NCBI GenBank assembly: GCA_965203055.1
Contig: OZ241863.1
Location: 4,384,001-4,448,000, forward strand
Reading direction: 5' to 3'
DNA: 64,000 nt
DNA from: Spirochaetia bacterium
Lineage (GTDB): Bacteria; Spirochaetota; Spirochaetia; SZUA-6; Bin103
Made by a program: the position numbers and the translations under genes. Under the pieces are notes generated by a model. That model made no database searches and was not told the DNA's origin. It was given only the letters and a program-made list of their open reading frames with translations. Shown one piece after another: positions 18,025 to 27,518 of this stretch (the stretch's first letter is position 1; every line of letters starts with the position of its first letter).

Positions 18025-19196
18025 CCGATTCCGACCCCGCCGGCGGCCGGCCAAGGTCACGGGCGGCGAGCGCGGTGACCGATTCCGACCCCCGCCCCTT
18101 CTTCCGCAACCGCGATCAGATGCTTCCCGGCCGCCCGGCGCCGGTGACCACCGTCGGGGTGCTCGGCTGGCTGCGTGCCAACCTGTTCTCCAGTTGGCTC
18201 AACACCCTGTTGACCGTGGGGGCGCTGCTGCTGCTGTGGCGCATCGTGCCGCCGCTGCTGGGCTGGGCGCTGTTCGACGCCGACTTCAGCGGGGTCACCG
18301 GCGAGGAGTGCACCACCGCCGGCGCCTGCTGGGCGTGGCTGGATCAGCGCATCAACCAGTTCCTCTACGGGTTCTACCCGCAGCGCGCCTACTGGCGGGT
18401 CAACGTGGCGCTGCTGCTGTTGATTCCCGCGGTGGCGTACGTGCTGTTCGACAAACTGCCCTATGCCCGCTACGGGCGCTGGTACTCGGTCGCCTACCCG
18501 GTAATCGCCGCCATCCTGCTGGTCGGCGGCTTCGGCCTCGAGACGGTGCCTACCGCCCAGTTCGGCGGCTTCATGCTCAACCTGGTGGCCGGACTGGCCG
18601 GCATCGCGCTGTCGTTGCCGATCGGCATCCTGCTGGCGCTCGGCCGCCGTTCGCGGCTGCCGGCGGTGCGCTATGCCTCGATCACGTTCATCGAGGTAGT
18701 GCGCGGCGTGCCGCTGATCACCCTGCTGTTCGTGGCGATCATCATCCTGGAGCTGTTCCTGCCGCCCGGGCTTTCGCTGGATCAGCTCGTGCGCGTCATG
18801 ATCATGATCACCGCGTTCGCCTCCGCCTACATGTCGGAGGTAATCCGCGGCGGCCTGCAGGCAATTCCCGCCGGCCAGTATGAGGCGGCGCAGGCAATGG
18901 GCCTGAGCTACTGGAAGATGATGCGCCTGGTGATCCTGCCGCAGGCGCTCAAGATCGCCATTCCGGGGATCGTCAACACCTTCATCGGCCTGTTCAAGGA
19001 CACCACGCTGGTAGTTACCATCGGGCTGTTCGACATCCTCGGCCAGGCGCGGCTGCTGCAGACCAATCCGGAGTGGATCGGCAAGGTCGATTACGAGACC
19101 TTCCTGATCGCTTCGGTGTTCTTCTTCGTGATCTGCTTCTCCATGTCGCGCTACTCGATCAACCTCGAGAAACGGCTGGATACCACCCGCCGCTGA
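18021..19196 (+). CDS. aapM: Amino acid ABC transporter permease (AapM/BztC)
   Basis: WLRANLFSS, RGVPLITLLF, EVIRGGLQAIPAGQYEAA, FKDTTLV. Confidence 0.9.
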   Translation: MTDSDPAGGRPRSRAASAVTDSDPRPFFRNRDQMLPGRPAPVTTVGVLGWLRANLFSSWLNTLLTVGALLLLWRIVPPLLGWALFDADFSGVTGEECTTAGACWAWLDQRINQFLYGFYPQRAYWRVNVALLLLIPAVAYVLFDKLPYARYGRWYSVAYPVIAAILLVGGFGLETVPTAQFGGFMLNLVAGLAGIALSLPIGILLALGRRSRLPAVRYASITFIEVVRGVPLITLLFVAIIILELFLPPGLSLDQLVRVMIMITAFASAYMSEVIRGGLQAIPAGQYEAAQAMGLSYWKMMRLVILPQALKIAIPGIVNTFIGLFKDTTLVVTIGLFDILGQARLLQTNPEWIGKVDYETFLIASVFFFVICFSMSRYSINLEKRLDTTRR

Positions 19197-19226
19197 GACC
19201 GGAGCAGGTAACAGGAGCATCTACCT

Positions 19227-19982
19227 ATGTCAGCCAACGCCAGCGCCGCCGCCGAGCCGATCATCCGCATCGCCGGCCTCAACAAGTGGTTCGGGACGCT
19301 CCACGTCCTGCGCGACATCGACCTCGCCGTGTCGCAGCAGGAACGGATCGTGATCTGCGGGCCGTCGGGGTCGGGCAAGTCGACGCTGATCCGCTGCATC
19401 AACCGGCTCGAGGAACACCAGAGCGGCTCGATCGTGGTGGAGGGCACCGAGCTCACCAATGACCTGAAGAACATCGACGCGATCCGCCGCGAGGTGGGCA
19501 TGGTATTCCAGCAGTTCAACCTGTTTCCGCACCTCACCGTGCTGGAGAACTGCACCTTGGCGCCGATCTGGGTCCGCAAGATGGCGCGCAGCGAGGCCGA
19601 GGAGCAGGCGATGCGATTTCTCGAACGGGTGAAGATTCCCGAGCAGGCGAGCAAGTATCCCGGCCAGCTCTCGGGCGGGCAGCAGCAGCGGGTGGCAATC
19701 GCGCGCTCGCTGTGCATGCGCCCCAAGATCATGCTGTTCGACGAGCCCACCTCGGCGCTCGATCCCGAAATGATCAAGGAAGTGCTGGACGTGATGGTCG
19801 ACGTCGCGCAGTCGGGCATGACCATGCTGGTGGTGACCCACGAGATGGGCTTCGCCTCGCAGGTGGCCGACCGGGTGATGCTGATGGACCAGGGCCAGAT
19901 CGTCGAGCAGAACACCCCCGACGAGTTCTTCAACAACCCCCAGTCCGACCGCACCAAACTCTTCCTGAGCCAGATCTTGTAG
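19227..19982 (+). CDS. aapP: Amino acid ABC transporter ATP-binding protein (AapP/BztD)
   Basis: [36 protein letters not shown]. Confidence 0.93.
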   Translation: MSANASAAAEPIIRIAGLNKWFGTLHVLRDIDLAVSQQERIVICGPSGSGKSTLIRCINRLEEHQSGSIVVEGTELTNDLKNIDAIRREVGMVFQQFNLFPHLTVLENCTLAPIWVRKMARSEAEEQAMRFLERVKIPEQASKYPGQLSGGQQQRVAIARSLCMRPKIMLFDEPTSALDPEMIKEVLDVMVDVAQSGMTMLVVTHEMGFASQVADRVMLMDQGQIVEQNTPDEFFNNPQSDRTKLFLSQIL

Positions 19983-20009
19983 TGTTGTTACGATGCGGAG
20001 GCTAGCGGA

Positions 20010-21119
20010 GTGATCCAGACTCTGGAACTCGCACGTGAGCGCCTGCGTTCGGGGCAACTGCGCAACGAGGCGCAGATAAAGGCGGTCGTTATTCTGCCGA
20101 TCCTGCGCGCCCTTGACTGGGACGATACCGACCCTGCGGAGTTTGTACACGAGCACCCGGTAAGGAGGCAAGATGGTACCCATGGATCGGTAGACTACGC
20201 ACTGTTCGGGGAAGAACTTGGTGGAGAAAGGTCTCCCATGGTATTTGTCGAAGCAAAGCGGCAAGGGAACGTCACGGAAGCCGGCGAGGATCAAGTCTTC
20301 ACATACGCGGCGAACCGCGGCGTCCCATTTCTCATATTGACTGACGGCAACATCTGGAACTTCTATCTCAGCATGGCGGCCGGCATTCCTGCGCAGCGAC
20401 GATTTCATCGCATCGAGTTGAAAGGTGATGACCGGCTCACCGACCACGCTCAATTCCTGGATCAGTATCTCCGTAAGGACCGTGTCGGCCTGGCGGAAAC
20501 GAGACTAAATGCGGAGGCACTGCTACGTAACGACCAGCAGAGGAGGGTAGCGCGAGAGGCTATTCCCGTGGTCTGGCAGGCCCTGTTGGAATCACCTGGT
20601 GAATCACTTATTCGTTTGATCACGGATGCGGTAGCGAGCAGGTGTGGTTTCTCACCGGCGCTTGATGACGTAACGAGGTTTCTCAAGGGGCGCGTGCCGT
20701 CACCTCCTATCAATGAGGTTAAGCGTCCTGATCCTGTAATAGCCCGACCGTCACCGCCGCCACCGTCGGGACCGCAGCGCCCGCCAAGAATCCGCGGATT
20801 CGTGCTTAATGGGGAAAGTACAGTTACAGGATCAGCTAGGCAAACACTGATTCAAATAATCAAGAGGTTTCATCGCTTGGACGAGATGTTCATGGAGCAA
20901 TTTGCACTTCGGACGTCAGGACGTACCCGACGACTCGTGGCCACGGAAAGAGATCAACTGTACGACAAACGTGACTTCGATAAATACTCCGAAGACCTCA
21001 ATAACGGCTGGTGGATTGGAACCAACCTCAACCAAGATATGATCCGGAAGCATATTGTTACCGCGTGCGAAGTCAAAGGAATATCCTTTGGCTCCCGCTT
21101 GACGTTGATAGAACGCTGA
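20010..21119 (+). CDS. HsdR_N-type PD-(D/E)xK restriction-endonuclease domain fused via a Pro-rich linker to a SeqA-C-like domain
   Basis: NEAQIK..ILRALDWD, VDYAL..VFVEAKR, ILTDGNIW; C-terminal GRTRRLVA...WWIGTNLN; lower GC than flanks. Confidence 0.7.
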   Translation: MIQTLELARERLRSGQLRNEAQIKAVVILPILRALDWDDTDPAEFVHEHPVRRQDGTHGSVDYALFGEELGGERSPMVFVEAKRQGNVTEAGEDQVFTYAANRGVPFLILTDGNIWNFYLSMAAGIPAQRRFHRIELKGDDRLTDHAQFLDQYLRKDRVGLAETRLNAEALLRNDQQRRVAREAIPVVWQALLESPGESLIRLITDAVASRCGFSPALDDVTRFLKGRVPSPPINEVKRPDPVIARPSPPPPSGPQRPPRIRGFVLNGESTVTGSARQTLIQIIKRFHRLDEMFMEQFALRTSGRTRRLVATERDQLYDKRDFDKYSEDLNNGWWIGTNLNQDMIRKHIVTACEVKGISFGSRLTLIER

Positions 21120-21128
21120 CTATGTGTG

Positions 21129-22436
21129 TCAGCGGTCGAACTGTTCGAACTCGGCAACCGCTTCGGGACGCCTGGCCAGACAGAGGCGGTCGATCAGATC
21201 AAGCGAACGAGATCCCCATTCGTCGTTCTGATGTTGCTGGTAGGTCCGGAAGATGAGCTTCGCGACGGTGTACACGTCCACGTAACGAATAGTCCCAATG
21301 TCTTGTGCTTCGGGGGAACGATCGAGAATTAGCTCGCAAACCATGCACGTCATCCCTGGCAGACGCTCCCGTGAAGTCTCGAGCGCATTAAGGAGCCAGA
21401 ATGCACCGTCAGCGAACTCATTACTGTTGCAGAACGCTGTGATCAGTTCTACATATGACGCGAGAGACTGAGTGCCTATACCGTCACTGTCGAAACATGA
21501 GGCCGCTTCTCTCCGTATCTCGGCAACGCAATCGTCGAAGAGAACCGTGAGCTTCGCCTCGCACCACGCTCGACACTCGGGCACTCCGAGGTTGGCGGCA
21601 GCCACCTGGGCCACGCCGAGGCGCTGGCTTGGGTCGCCTCGCAGGGCCTCGGCGACCAGATATGCGGCGCCGTCGTGGTCCAGAGCGGCAAGGCTTGCCA
21701 TGCGCGCGCCGGCTTTGCGAACCGCCGGTGCGGACGATCGAAGCATACGCTCGACGATTGGTTGCAGTGTCGGAAAGCGGTCGCGGAGGCCGCTACGGAT
21801 GAATTCGCGCACGTGATGCGTTGCCAGTAGGCGGTCCTCAGCCAAGTTCATGCTTCTAAAGAGCCGCATGCCGAGCGCACGATCGTGGTAGGCCACGGCG
21901 CGGAGTGTCCCGGCGACGCAGGAGAGCACGGCGGCGCTGCGATCCTGGATCATTCGGTCGATGGCGGGTTTGAATCGTGGTATGTATTCCGGATCAGTGA
22001 GGATAAGGTCTCGCATGGCATCGGCCGCCCGCCCGCGCGTGGTGTTGATGCCGTTCATGTGAATGTCGTAAGGCTGGCCTCTGCCAGCATCCGTGTTCCA
22101 TGCTTCACTGGCAGGATCTTCGTGCTCCGTCGCAATACAGTGCAGTATTCGAACGGCGTCGTTCGGAAGCGGGTCTTCAATACTTCCGAGGAGGTCGGCA
22201 ATCGCCTTACCGCATGGTCCCGGAGACTCCTCATATGCCTTGCGACAGACCTGCAGTTTGAGATCGCTGCTGACAGCGGCGGCCTTCAACCCGGCGAGCG
22301 TATGCTCGAGGTACACGGGATTCGCGTCTGCAGGGAACTTCAGACTGAGCCGTGCGAATCGATCGGGCTGCTCTTTGACCCGCGCTTCGAGGACGCGCGC
22401 CAGTTCCAAAGCGCCGCCTTTGAGCGGGTCAGCCAT
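21129..22436 (-). CDS. C-terminal helical-repeat (HEAT/TPR-like) part of the STAND NTPase, as a separate ORF
   Basis: 435 aa helical repeats; starts GGALELARVLEARVKEQPDRFARL directly where the upstream ORF ends (8-nt overlap). Confidence 0.6.
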   Translation of the reverse strand: MADPLKGGALELARVLEARVKEQPDRFARLSLKFPADANPVYLEHTLAGLKAAAVSSDLKLQVCRKAYEESPGPCGKAIADLLGSIEDPLPNDAVRILHCIATEHEDPASEAWNTDAGRGQPYDIHMNGINTTRGRAADAMRDLILTDPEYIPRFKPAIDRMIQDRSAAVLSCVAGTLRAVAYHDRALGMRLFRSMNLAEDRLLATHHVREFIRSGLRDRFPTLQPIVERMLRSSAPAVRKAGARMASLAALDHDGAAYLVAEALRGDPSQRLGVAQVAAANLGVPECRAWCEAKLTVLFDDCVAEIRREAASCFDSDGIGTQSLASYVELITAFCNSNEFADGAFWLLNALETSRERLPGMTCMVCELILDRSPEAQDIGTIRYVDVYTVAKLIFRTYQQHQNDEWGSRSLDLIDRLCLARRPEAVAEFEQFDR

Positions 22437-25400
22437 GATATATGTCCGGATCGTGATACTTGTCGATTGCGCGCAGCCACTGGTCGTCGGTCATCTTATC
22501 AGCGGATGACTTATCGATCGGCGATAAAACTTCCTCCATGATAATCCCCTGCGGCTCGCCGTCCGGTTTACTGAACTTCCTTTTCAGCACTTCGTAATCC
22601 GTGTTTGCGCGGACGCTGCGCAGGTCATTTGGAATCGCCGAGAGCAAGTTGAATCGAGTATGTCCGACCTGCTTGTACCGGATTCCGGCGATCGTGCGCT
22701 CGAACGGAGATCGGTAGCGCAAAATCGTGGTCTCAAGCTCCTCTCGATTGCGGGCGGCGCAGTACGGTACCACAGTCCGAATCAGTTGCATCGCGCACCA
22801 GTTCGGGCTGTCCGAATACCCGCACTGAAATCGCCACGGCTCAGCGCACAGCAACAGAACCGCGTCGTCCGCGTAGCGCTCAGCCGCGCCGCCGTAGAGG
22901 GCGAGCAGAAGGTAGTTCGCGACACGTGTGTTGCGGCGGCGCAGCTTAGCGATGGCATGCCCCATCGGCGCGGCGCCTTCCTGCGCAAGCGCGGCCAGCG
23001 CCCCGGCCAACCCCGTGAGGCACGCATCCTCACCTGTCGGATGCTCGGTTTCGATGAGCATAGGCCACACGGCGTCGCGCTTCGGAGGCTCATCATCGGT
23101 CAGCGTTGAGTCGGAGATGTGGAGAACCGCGGGCAGTACGTGTTCGACGAACTCGGCGGGGGCTTCCGCTGCGGATTTGGCGATCATCCTCGCCGCGCTG
23201 TCGTCGTGGCCGATAAGCGAGTTTCCGAACATGTCCGGGGCCTTGCCGGCGGTTCGGATGACCTCAAGCCGCCGTCGGAGGCGGTGGGCCACAACCTCCG
23301 GGATCCACTCCGGGCGTTTCTTACCCAGCTCGTATAGCGTCAGCCAGAACGTGGCGTTCACTACGACCGACCTGCTGACCTCATCAAGCGTCCCATTGTC
23401 CACGAGACGTAGCAGGAGATCGAAGAAGCGGCGGTTGGTGTGGTGGACGGCCCGCTCCATCAGCGTTCGCAGGCGCTGCGTCCACTCGCCGCCCCCGTCG
23501 GCGAACGGTTCGAGCAGGGCCGCGACGCGGTTCGGTGAGCGGCGCTGGTGGACGTTCAGGTAGGTCACCGCCATGTCGACGAGCCTGCCGTTGTCTGATG
23601 CCAACCACTTCTCAATGAGGCCTCGTCGGTCGATTTCCGCGAACCACGACCGCGACCCGAATATCCGCTGCCACGCGATGGCAGACAGCCGGTCGGTATT
23701 TGTGGTTCCGTCCTCGACGGCCTTGAGCGCCGGCGCCGTCCACCGTTCCGCGATAGCCCACTCTTTCTCGGTCGGGTCATTTACTTCGGCAAGCAGCGCG
23801 AACGCCAGGTCCTTGAGATGCGGGCGTACTCTGTCGTCGGCGAGCAGGGCGTCAAGTTCCTCCGCGTACCTGTTGGAGTCAGCTTCACGGAGATAGGCCA
23901 GCACCTGCCGCACTTGGGAGCGGCGGAACAGATGTTGATCCGATCCCTTGAGGAAGGACACCAGCGAGTCCGATCGACTACGGAATACGCGCGCGAAGCA
24001 GTAGTCGAAGAAGCTCTCGTGGCCGAAGCCGTAGCGGCGGTCATCGAAGGTAAGGACGCCCTCCGACGTGAGCTGTTCCAGGTACGCCGGCAAGAAATCG
24101 TCGAGGCACTCTCTGGACGCCGAGAGCTGCTGAGTTGTGGTCATCCTCTCACAAAGCGTCCTCATGATGTCCATCCAACGATCCGGGGCGGGCGAGATTC
24201 GCTCAGCGACCGACTGCCGTTTCACATCCCAGTACCGGTCGAAAAGCTGTGTTGCCGTACTAAACGTGGGCGTGCTCGCGGTATCGAAGTTGGCGCCGAG
24301 CAAAAGGGAGAGGTTCTGCGGCAGGCGCAGCAACGCCAACTGGCGACTCCGGAACAGCGCCGCATCGAATCCTGCCCTCGTGAGAATGGTCTTCACCTCG
24401 TCGACCGGGAACTCGCCGACGCCGACCTGTGCGGCCGCTTCCGGCATGAGCCGCCGCAGGCCTGAATCGTTCTCCCAGTCGAACGCACGACAGACCACGA
24501 CGGTGTGAAGCGCCGCCCGCGCGCGGGAACCCCGCGCCTCGTGCAGCAGCTCCTCGATCAGATCGAATGCGCCGGAGCTCCTGCCGGACATGGTGCTCAC
24601 GGCATCCAACTGATCCACGACCAGGACGCCCGGACGACCGGCGGCCGCTGCCGCCGCTGCAAGTGTCAGGACCGGAGACTCTTCGAGACCGAGTTGGTGT
24701 CCGAGCTCCACGGTGGTGGATGCCGAAAGTACGCGGTCGAGCCGGAATGCCAGCACCGGCGCTCCGAGTGCGCGCAGGCGGTCTACGACCTCCACGACGC
24801 AGGCCGTCTTCCCCGCCCCGGCACTTCCGGTCATGACGCTGTCCGTTGCCGCCGCACCGTCCAGCCGCGACAGCAGCGTATCTGCCGCCGCTCTCGGAAC
24901 GAGCTGGTCCTGAATGAGCTGTCTGCGTGCGCCACCCAGGTACCGGTCCGTCACGTTCTCCACCGCCATTCCGGCGCGTTCCGGCGTCACGAGTCGTAAC
25001 CGATAGCCGCGGGAGGCAAGTTCGTCACGGAGCTCTTGACGCCTAATCGTGCGATGCACGGAGTCTTCGACCAGACGCAGAAGTTCCGCCAGCGTCTTCT
25101 CCGGGTCCGCCAAAAAGAGCGCCTGCGCTCCCAAACGCGCCTGTCGTTGGAGATTGCGCTCGTCGATCGTGTGAACTTCGATCCTTCGCAGGAGATCGAA
25201 CGCAGTCGGAACGTCGCACTTCCAGCAGGCCCGGAGCCTCTCGAACCCGTCATTCCGGTTTTTGGCTGCGAGAAAGGAGCGCTTGAACTCCTCCATCGAT
25301 TTGGCGTCCACCGCCGCTTCGCACAGATCGGCCAGTTCACGGGCGTCGCTGGTCGACGCGAAGACGAACCGATCCTCATTTCCCGTCAGTTGCTCGCCGA

Positions 25401-25647
25401 TGGCCTGCAGCAATCCGCCGGCGCGGAGCGAAGCAAGGCTCCACTTGCCGCTTGGATGGCTGCGCTTCACCTGATGAAGTTCCCGCCGCGCGCCGACTGA
25501 CACGACAAACTCCGCCTTCTCGAAGTTGGGGTCCTCAATGCGAATCGCATCCGTGGCGCCATGGAGCATTCGCACGAACTCTGACACCGTCCACCACTTC
25601 TCGTAGCGGTTGCCGAGTTTGTTGGCAGCTCCACCGGGAAGCATCAT
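22429..25647 (-). CDS. STAND/NACHT NTPase (Avs/NLR-like) with N-terminal nuclease-like effector domain
   Basis: N-terminal GNRYE...AEF...HQVKR nuclease-like motif; Walker A GSAGAGKT; Walker B VVDQLDAVS; VVVCR; FGHESFFDY winged-helix motif. Confidence 0.78.
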   Translation of the reverse strand: MMLPGGAANKLGNRYEKWWTVSEFVRMLHGATDAIRIEDPNFEKAEFVVSVGARRELHQVKRSHPSGKWSLASLRAGGLLQAIGEQLTGNEDRFVFASTSDARELADLCEAAVDAKSMEEFKRSFLAAKNRNDGFERLRACWKCDVPTAFDLLRRIEVHTIDERNLQRQARLGAQALFLADPEKTLAELLRLVEDSVHRTIRRQELRDELASRGYRLRLVTPERAGMAVENVTDRYLGGARRQLIQDQLVPRAAADTLLSRLDGAAATDSVMTGSAGAGKTACVVEVVDRLRALGAPVLAFRLDRVLSASTTVELGHQLGLEESPVLTLAAAAAAAGRPGVLVVDQLDAVSTMSGRSSGAFDLIEELLHEARGSRARAALHTVVVCRAFDWENDSGLRRLMPEAAAQVGVGEFPVDEVKTILTRAGFDAALFRSRQLALLRLPQNLSLLLGANFDTASTPTFSTATQLFDRYWDVKRQSVAERISPAPDRWMDIMRTLCERMTTTQQLSASRECLDDFLPAYLEQLTSEGVLTFDDRRYGFGHESFFDYCFARVFRSRSDSLVSFLKGSDQHLFRRSQVRQVLAYLREADSNRYAEELDALLADDRVRPHLKDLAFALLAEVNDPTEKEWAIAERWTAPALKAVEDGTTNTDRLSAIAWQRIFGSRSWFAEIDRRGLIEKWLASDNGRLVDMAVTYLNVHQRRSPNRVAALLEPFADGGGEWTQRLRTLMERAVHHTNRRFFDLLLRLVDNGTLDEVSRSVVVNATFWLTLYELGKKRPEWIPEVVAHRLRRRLEVIRTAGKAPDMFGNSLIGHDDSAARMIAKSAAEAPAEFVEHVLPAVLHISDSTLTDDEPPKRDAVWPMLIETEHPTGEDACLTGLAGALAALAQEGAAPMGHAIAKLRRRNTRVANYLLLALYGGAAERYADDAVLLLCAEPWRFQCGYSDSPNWCAMQLIRTVVPYCAARNREELETTILRYRSPFERTIAGIRYKQVGHTRFNLLSAIPNDLRSVRANTDYEVLKRKFSKPDGEPQGIIMEEVLSPIDKSSADKMTDDQWLRAIDKYHDPDIYHG

Positions 25648-25734
25648 GACTTCGTGGGATGGTCCGACCGGCGGAACCGAAAGCTGCGCACGGCCATAGT
25701 CATCTGATTGGCAGCATGGAGGGCAGCCAACGGG

Positions 25735-25917
25735 TTATGGGAACAACCACGCCATCACCCGTTGAAGCGTGGGAATCAATACCGCGGCGCCGACCATGAC
25801 TGTCAGAATCCAGCGAGTTTGCGTAGTGATTTCCTTGCGTGCCTCGGCGGTTTCCTTGCTGACGTCGGTGCGCAGGACGCCCATTTGACGTTGGAGATCC
25901 AGAAAGCCGGCCTGCAT
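25735..25917 (-). CDS. Small coiled-coil protein with C-terminal membrane anchor (DUF1640/CCDC90-like tail), possibly a fragment
   Basis: LRTDVSKETAEARKEITTQTRWILTVMVGAAVLIP; start uncertain (ORF open to 26022). Confidence 0.4.
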   Translation of the reverse strand: MQAGFLDLQRQMGVLRTDVSKETAEARKEITTQTRWILTVMVGAAVLIPTLQRVMAWLFP

Positions 25918-26018
25918 TTTCGCTGCGCAGGCGGCCTTCGCTCTCCGCGACGTGGCGCAGGAACCGATCCTCAACTGACCGCCGATTGTGGCTCCGGCCG
26001 GCGGCCGGGTGGTCAGGG

Positions 26019-27518
26019 TCAAGCAAGCTCATCATGCCGCCTTCTTTCCTGGTCTGGCGGCCAGGTGAGCACCGGGCGGCGCGCCGCGGCCACTTCGTCG
26101 AGCCGGCCTACCGGCGTGGAGTGGGGCGCGCCCCGGACCAGCTCGGGGGTGGCGGCCGCTTCGTCAAGGATGGCGCGCAGCGCGGCCACGAAGTGGTCCA
26201 GGGTGGCCTTCGACTCGGTTTCGGTCGGTTCGACCATCAGCGCCTCCGGCACGATGAGCGGGAAGTAGATGGTCGGCGGGTGGATGCCGTAGTCGATCAG
26301 CCGCTTGGCGACATCCAGCGTGCGAACGCCGTGTTGCGCCAGCCGCCGCGCGCTGAACACTACCTCATGCTTGCAGGCGCGCGGGTAGGGCACTTCCAGC
26401 GCCTCCTGCAGGCGGACGCGCAGGTAGTTGGCGTTGAGCACCGCCAGCCGGCTGACTTCCGCCAGGCCGCCGCGGCCGAGCGAGCGCAGGTAGGCGTAAC
26501 CGCGCACCGCGTTGTTGACGTTGCCGTGGAACGCGCGCACGCGGCCGATCGACTGCGGGCGGTCGTAGTCGTAGCGGAAGCTGCCGCCCGCGCGGCGCAG
26601 CACCGGCGCCGGCAGGAACGGCGCCAGTTCCGCGGTGACCGCGATCGCCCCGGCGCCCGGGCCGCCGCCGCCGTGCGGGACGCTGAAGGTCTTGTGCAGG
26701 TTGAAGTGCAGAATGTCCATTCCCAGGTCGCCGGGCCGGGCGGCGCCGAGCATGGCGTTCATGTTGGCGCCGTCCAGGTAGACCAGACCGCCGGCCGCGT
26801 GCACCGCGGCCGCGATTTCCAGGATGCGTTCCTCGAACAGCCCCAGCGTGTTGGGGTTGGTGATCATCAGGCCGGCGACCCGCTCGTCCAGCGCCGCCTG
26901 CAGGGCGGCGAAGTCCAGGTTGCCGTCGGCGCCGGTGGGCACCGTGCGCGTGCGGTAGCCGGCCATGGTGACGGTGGCCGGGTTGGTGCCGTGGGCGGAG
27001 TCGGGTACCAGCATGGTGGTGCGCGGGTCGCCGGCGGCCTGCTGGCGGGCGCGGATGATCAACGCGCCGGTCAGCTCGCCGTGGGCGCCGGCGGAGGGCT
27101 GCAGCGAAACGGCCGGCAGCCCGGCGATTTCGCTCAGCCACTCCTGCAGCTCGCCGAGCAGGCGCAGCATCCCCGGTACGGTGGCTTCCTCCTGGTAGGG
27201 ATGGAGCAGGGCCAGGCCCGGCAGATCGGCCACCCGGTCGTTGATCTTGGGGTTGTACTTCATCGTGCACGAGCCGAGCGGATAGAACCCCTGGTCGATG
27301 GAAAAGTTGCGCCGCGAGGTGTTGGTGAAGTGGCGCACCACCTCCGGTTCCGACAGCTCCGGCAGCGGCAGCTCGGCGCGCAGCAGGGCCGCCGGCAGGG
27401 GAGCGGCGCGCGGTACGTCGAGGGCCGGCAACTGCACCCCGGTGCGGCCGGGAACCGATTGCTCGAACAGCAGGGGCTGGTCGGGCAGCAGCGCGCCGCC
27501 GGCCGGGGCCCGCGTCAC
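26019..27518 (-). CDS. gcvPB: Glycine dehydrogenase (decarboxylating) subunit 2
   Basis: FYPLGSCTMKYNPK, SAHGTNPA, HFNLHKTF (PLP lysine), PHGGGGPG, MVEPTETE; GTG start at 27518 overlaps the gcvPA stop. Confidence 0.95.
   Translation of the reverse strand: MTRAPAGGALLPDQPLLFEQSVPGRTGVQLPALDVPRAAPLPAALLRAELPLPELSEPEVVRHFTNTSRRNFSIDQGFYPLGSCTMKYNPKINDRVADLPGLALLHPYQEEATVPGMLRLLGELQEWLSEIAGLPAVSLQPSAGAHGELTGALIIRARQQAAGDPRTTMLVPDSAHGTNPATVTMAGYRTRTVPTGADGNLDFAALQAALDERVAGLMITNPNTLGLFEERILEIAAAVHAAGGLVYLDGANMNAMLGAARPGDLGMDILHFNLHKTFSVPHGGGGPGAGAIAVTAELAPFLPAPVLRRAGGSFRYDYDRPQSIGRVRAFHGNVNNAVRGYAYLRSLGRGGLAEVSRLAVLNANYLRVRLQEALEVPYPRACKHEVVFSARRLAQHGVRTLDVAKRLIDYGIHPPTIYFPLIVPEALMVEPTETESKATLDHFVAALRAILDEAAATPELVRGAPHSTPVGRLDEVAAARRPVLTWPPDQERRRHDELA

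Noticed and set aside
18019..18092. Repeat-spacer-repeat (20/34/20 nt) as a mini-CRISPR
   Set aside because: Only two short copies, in frame within a coding region, no cas genes
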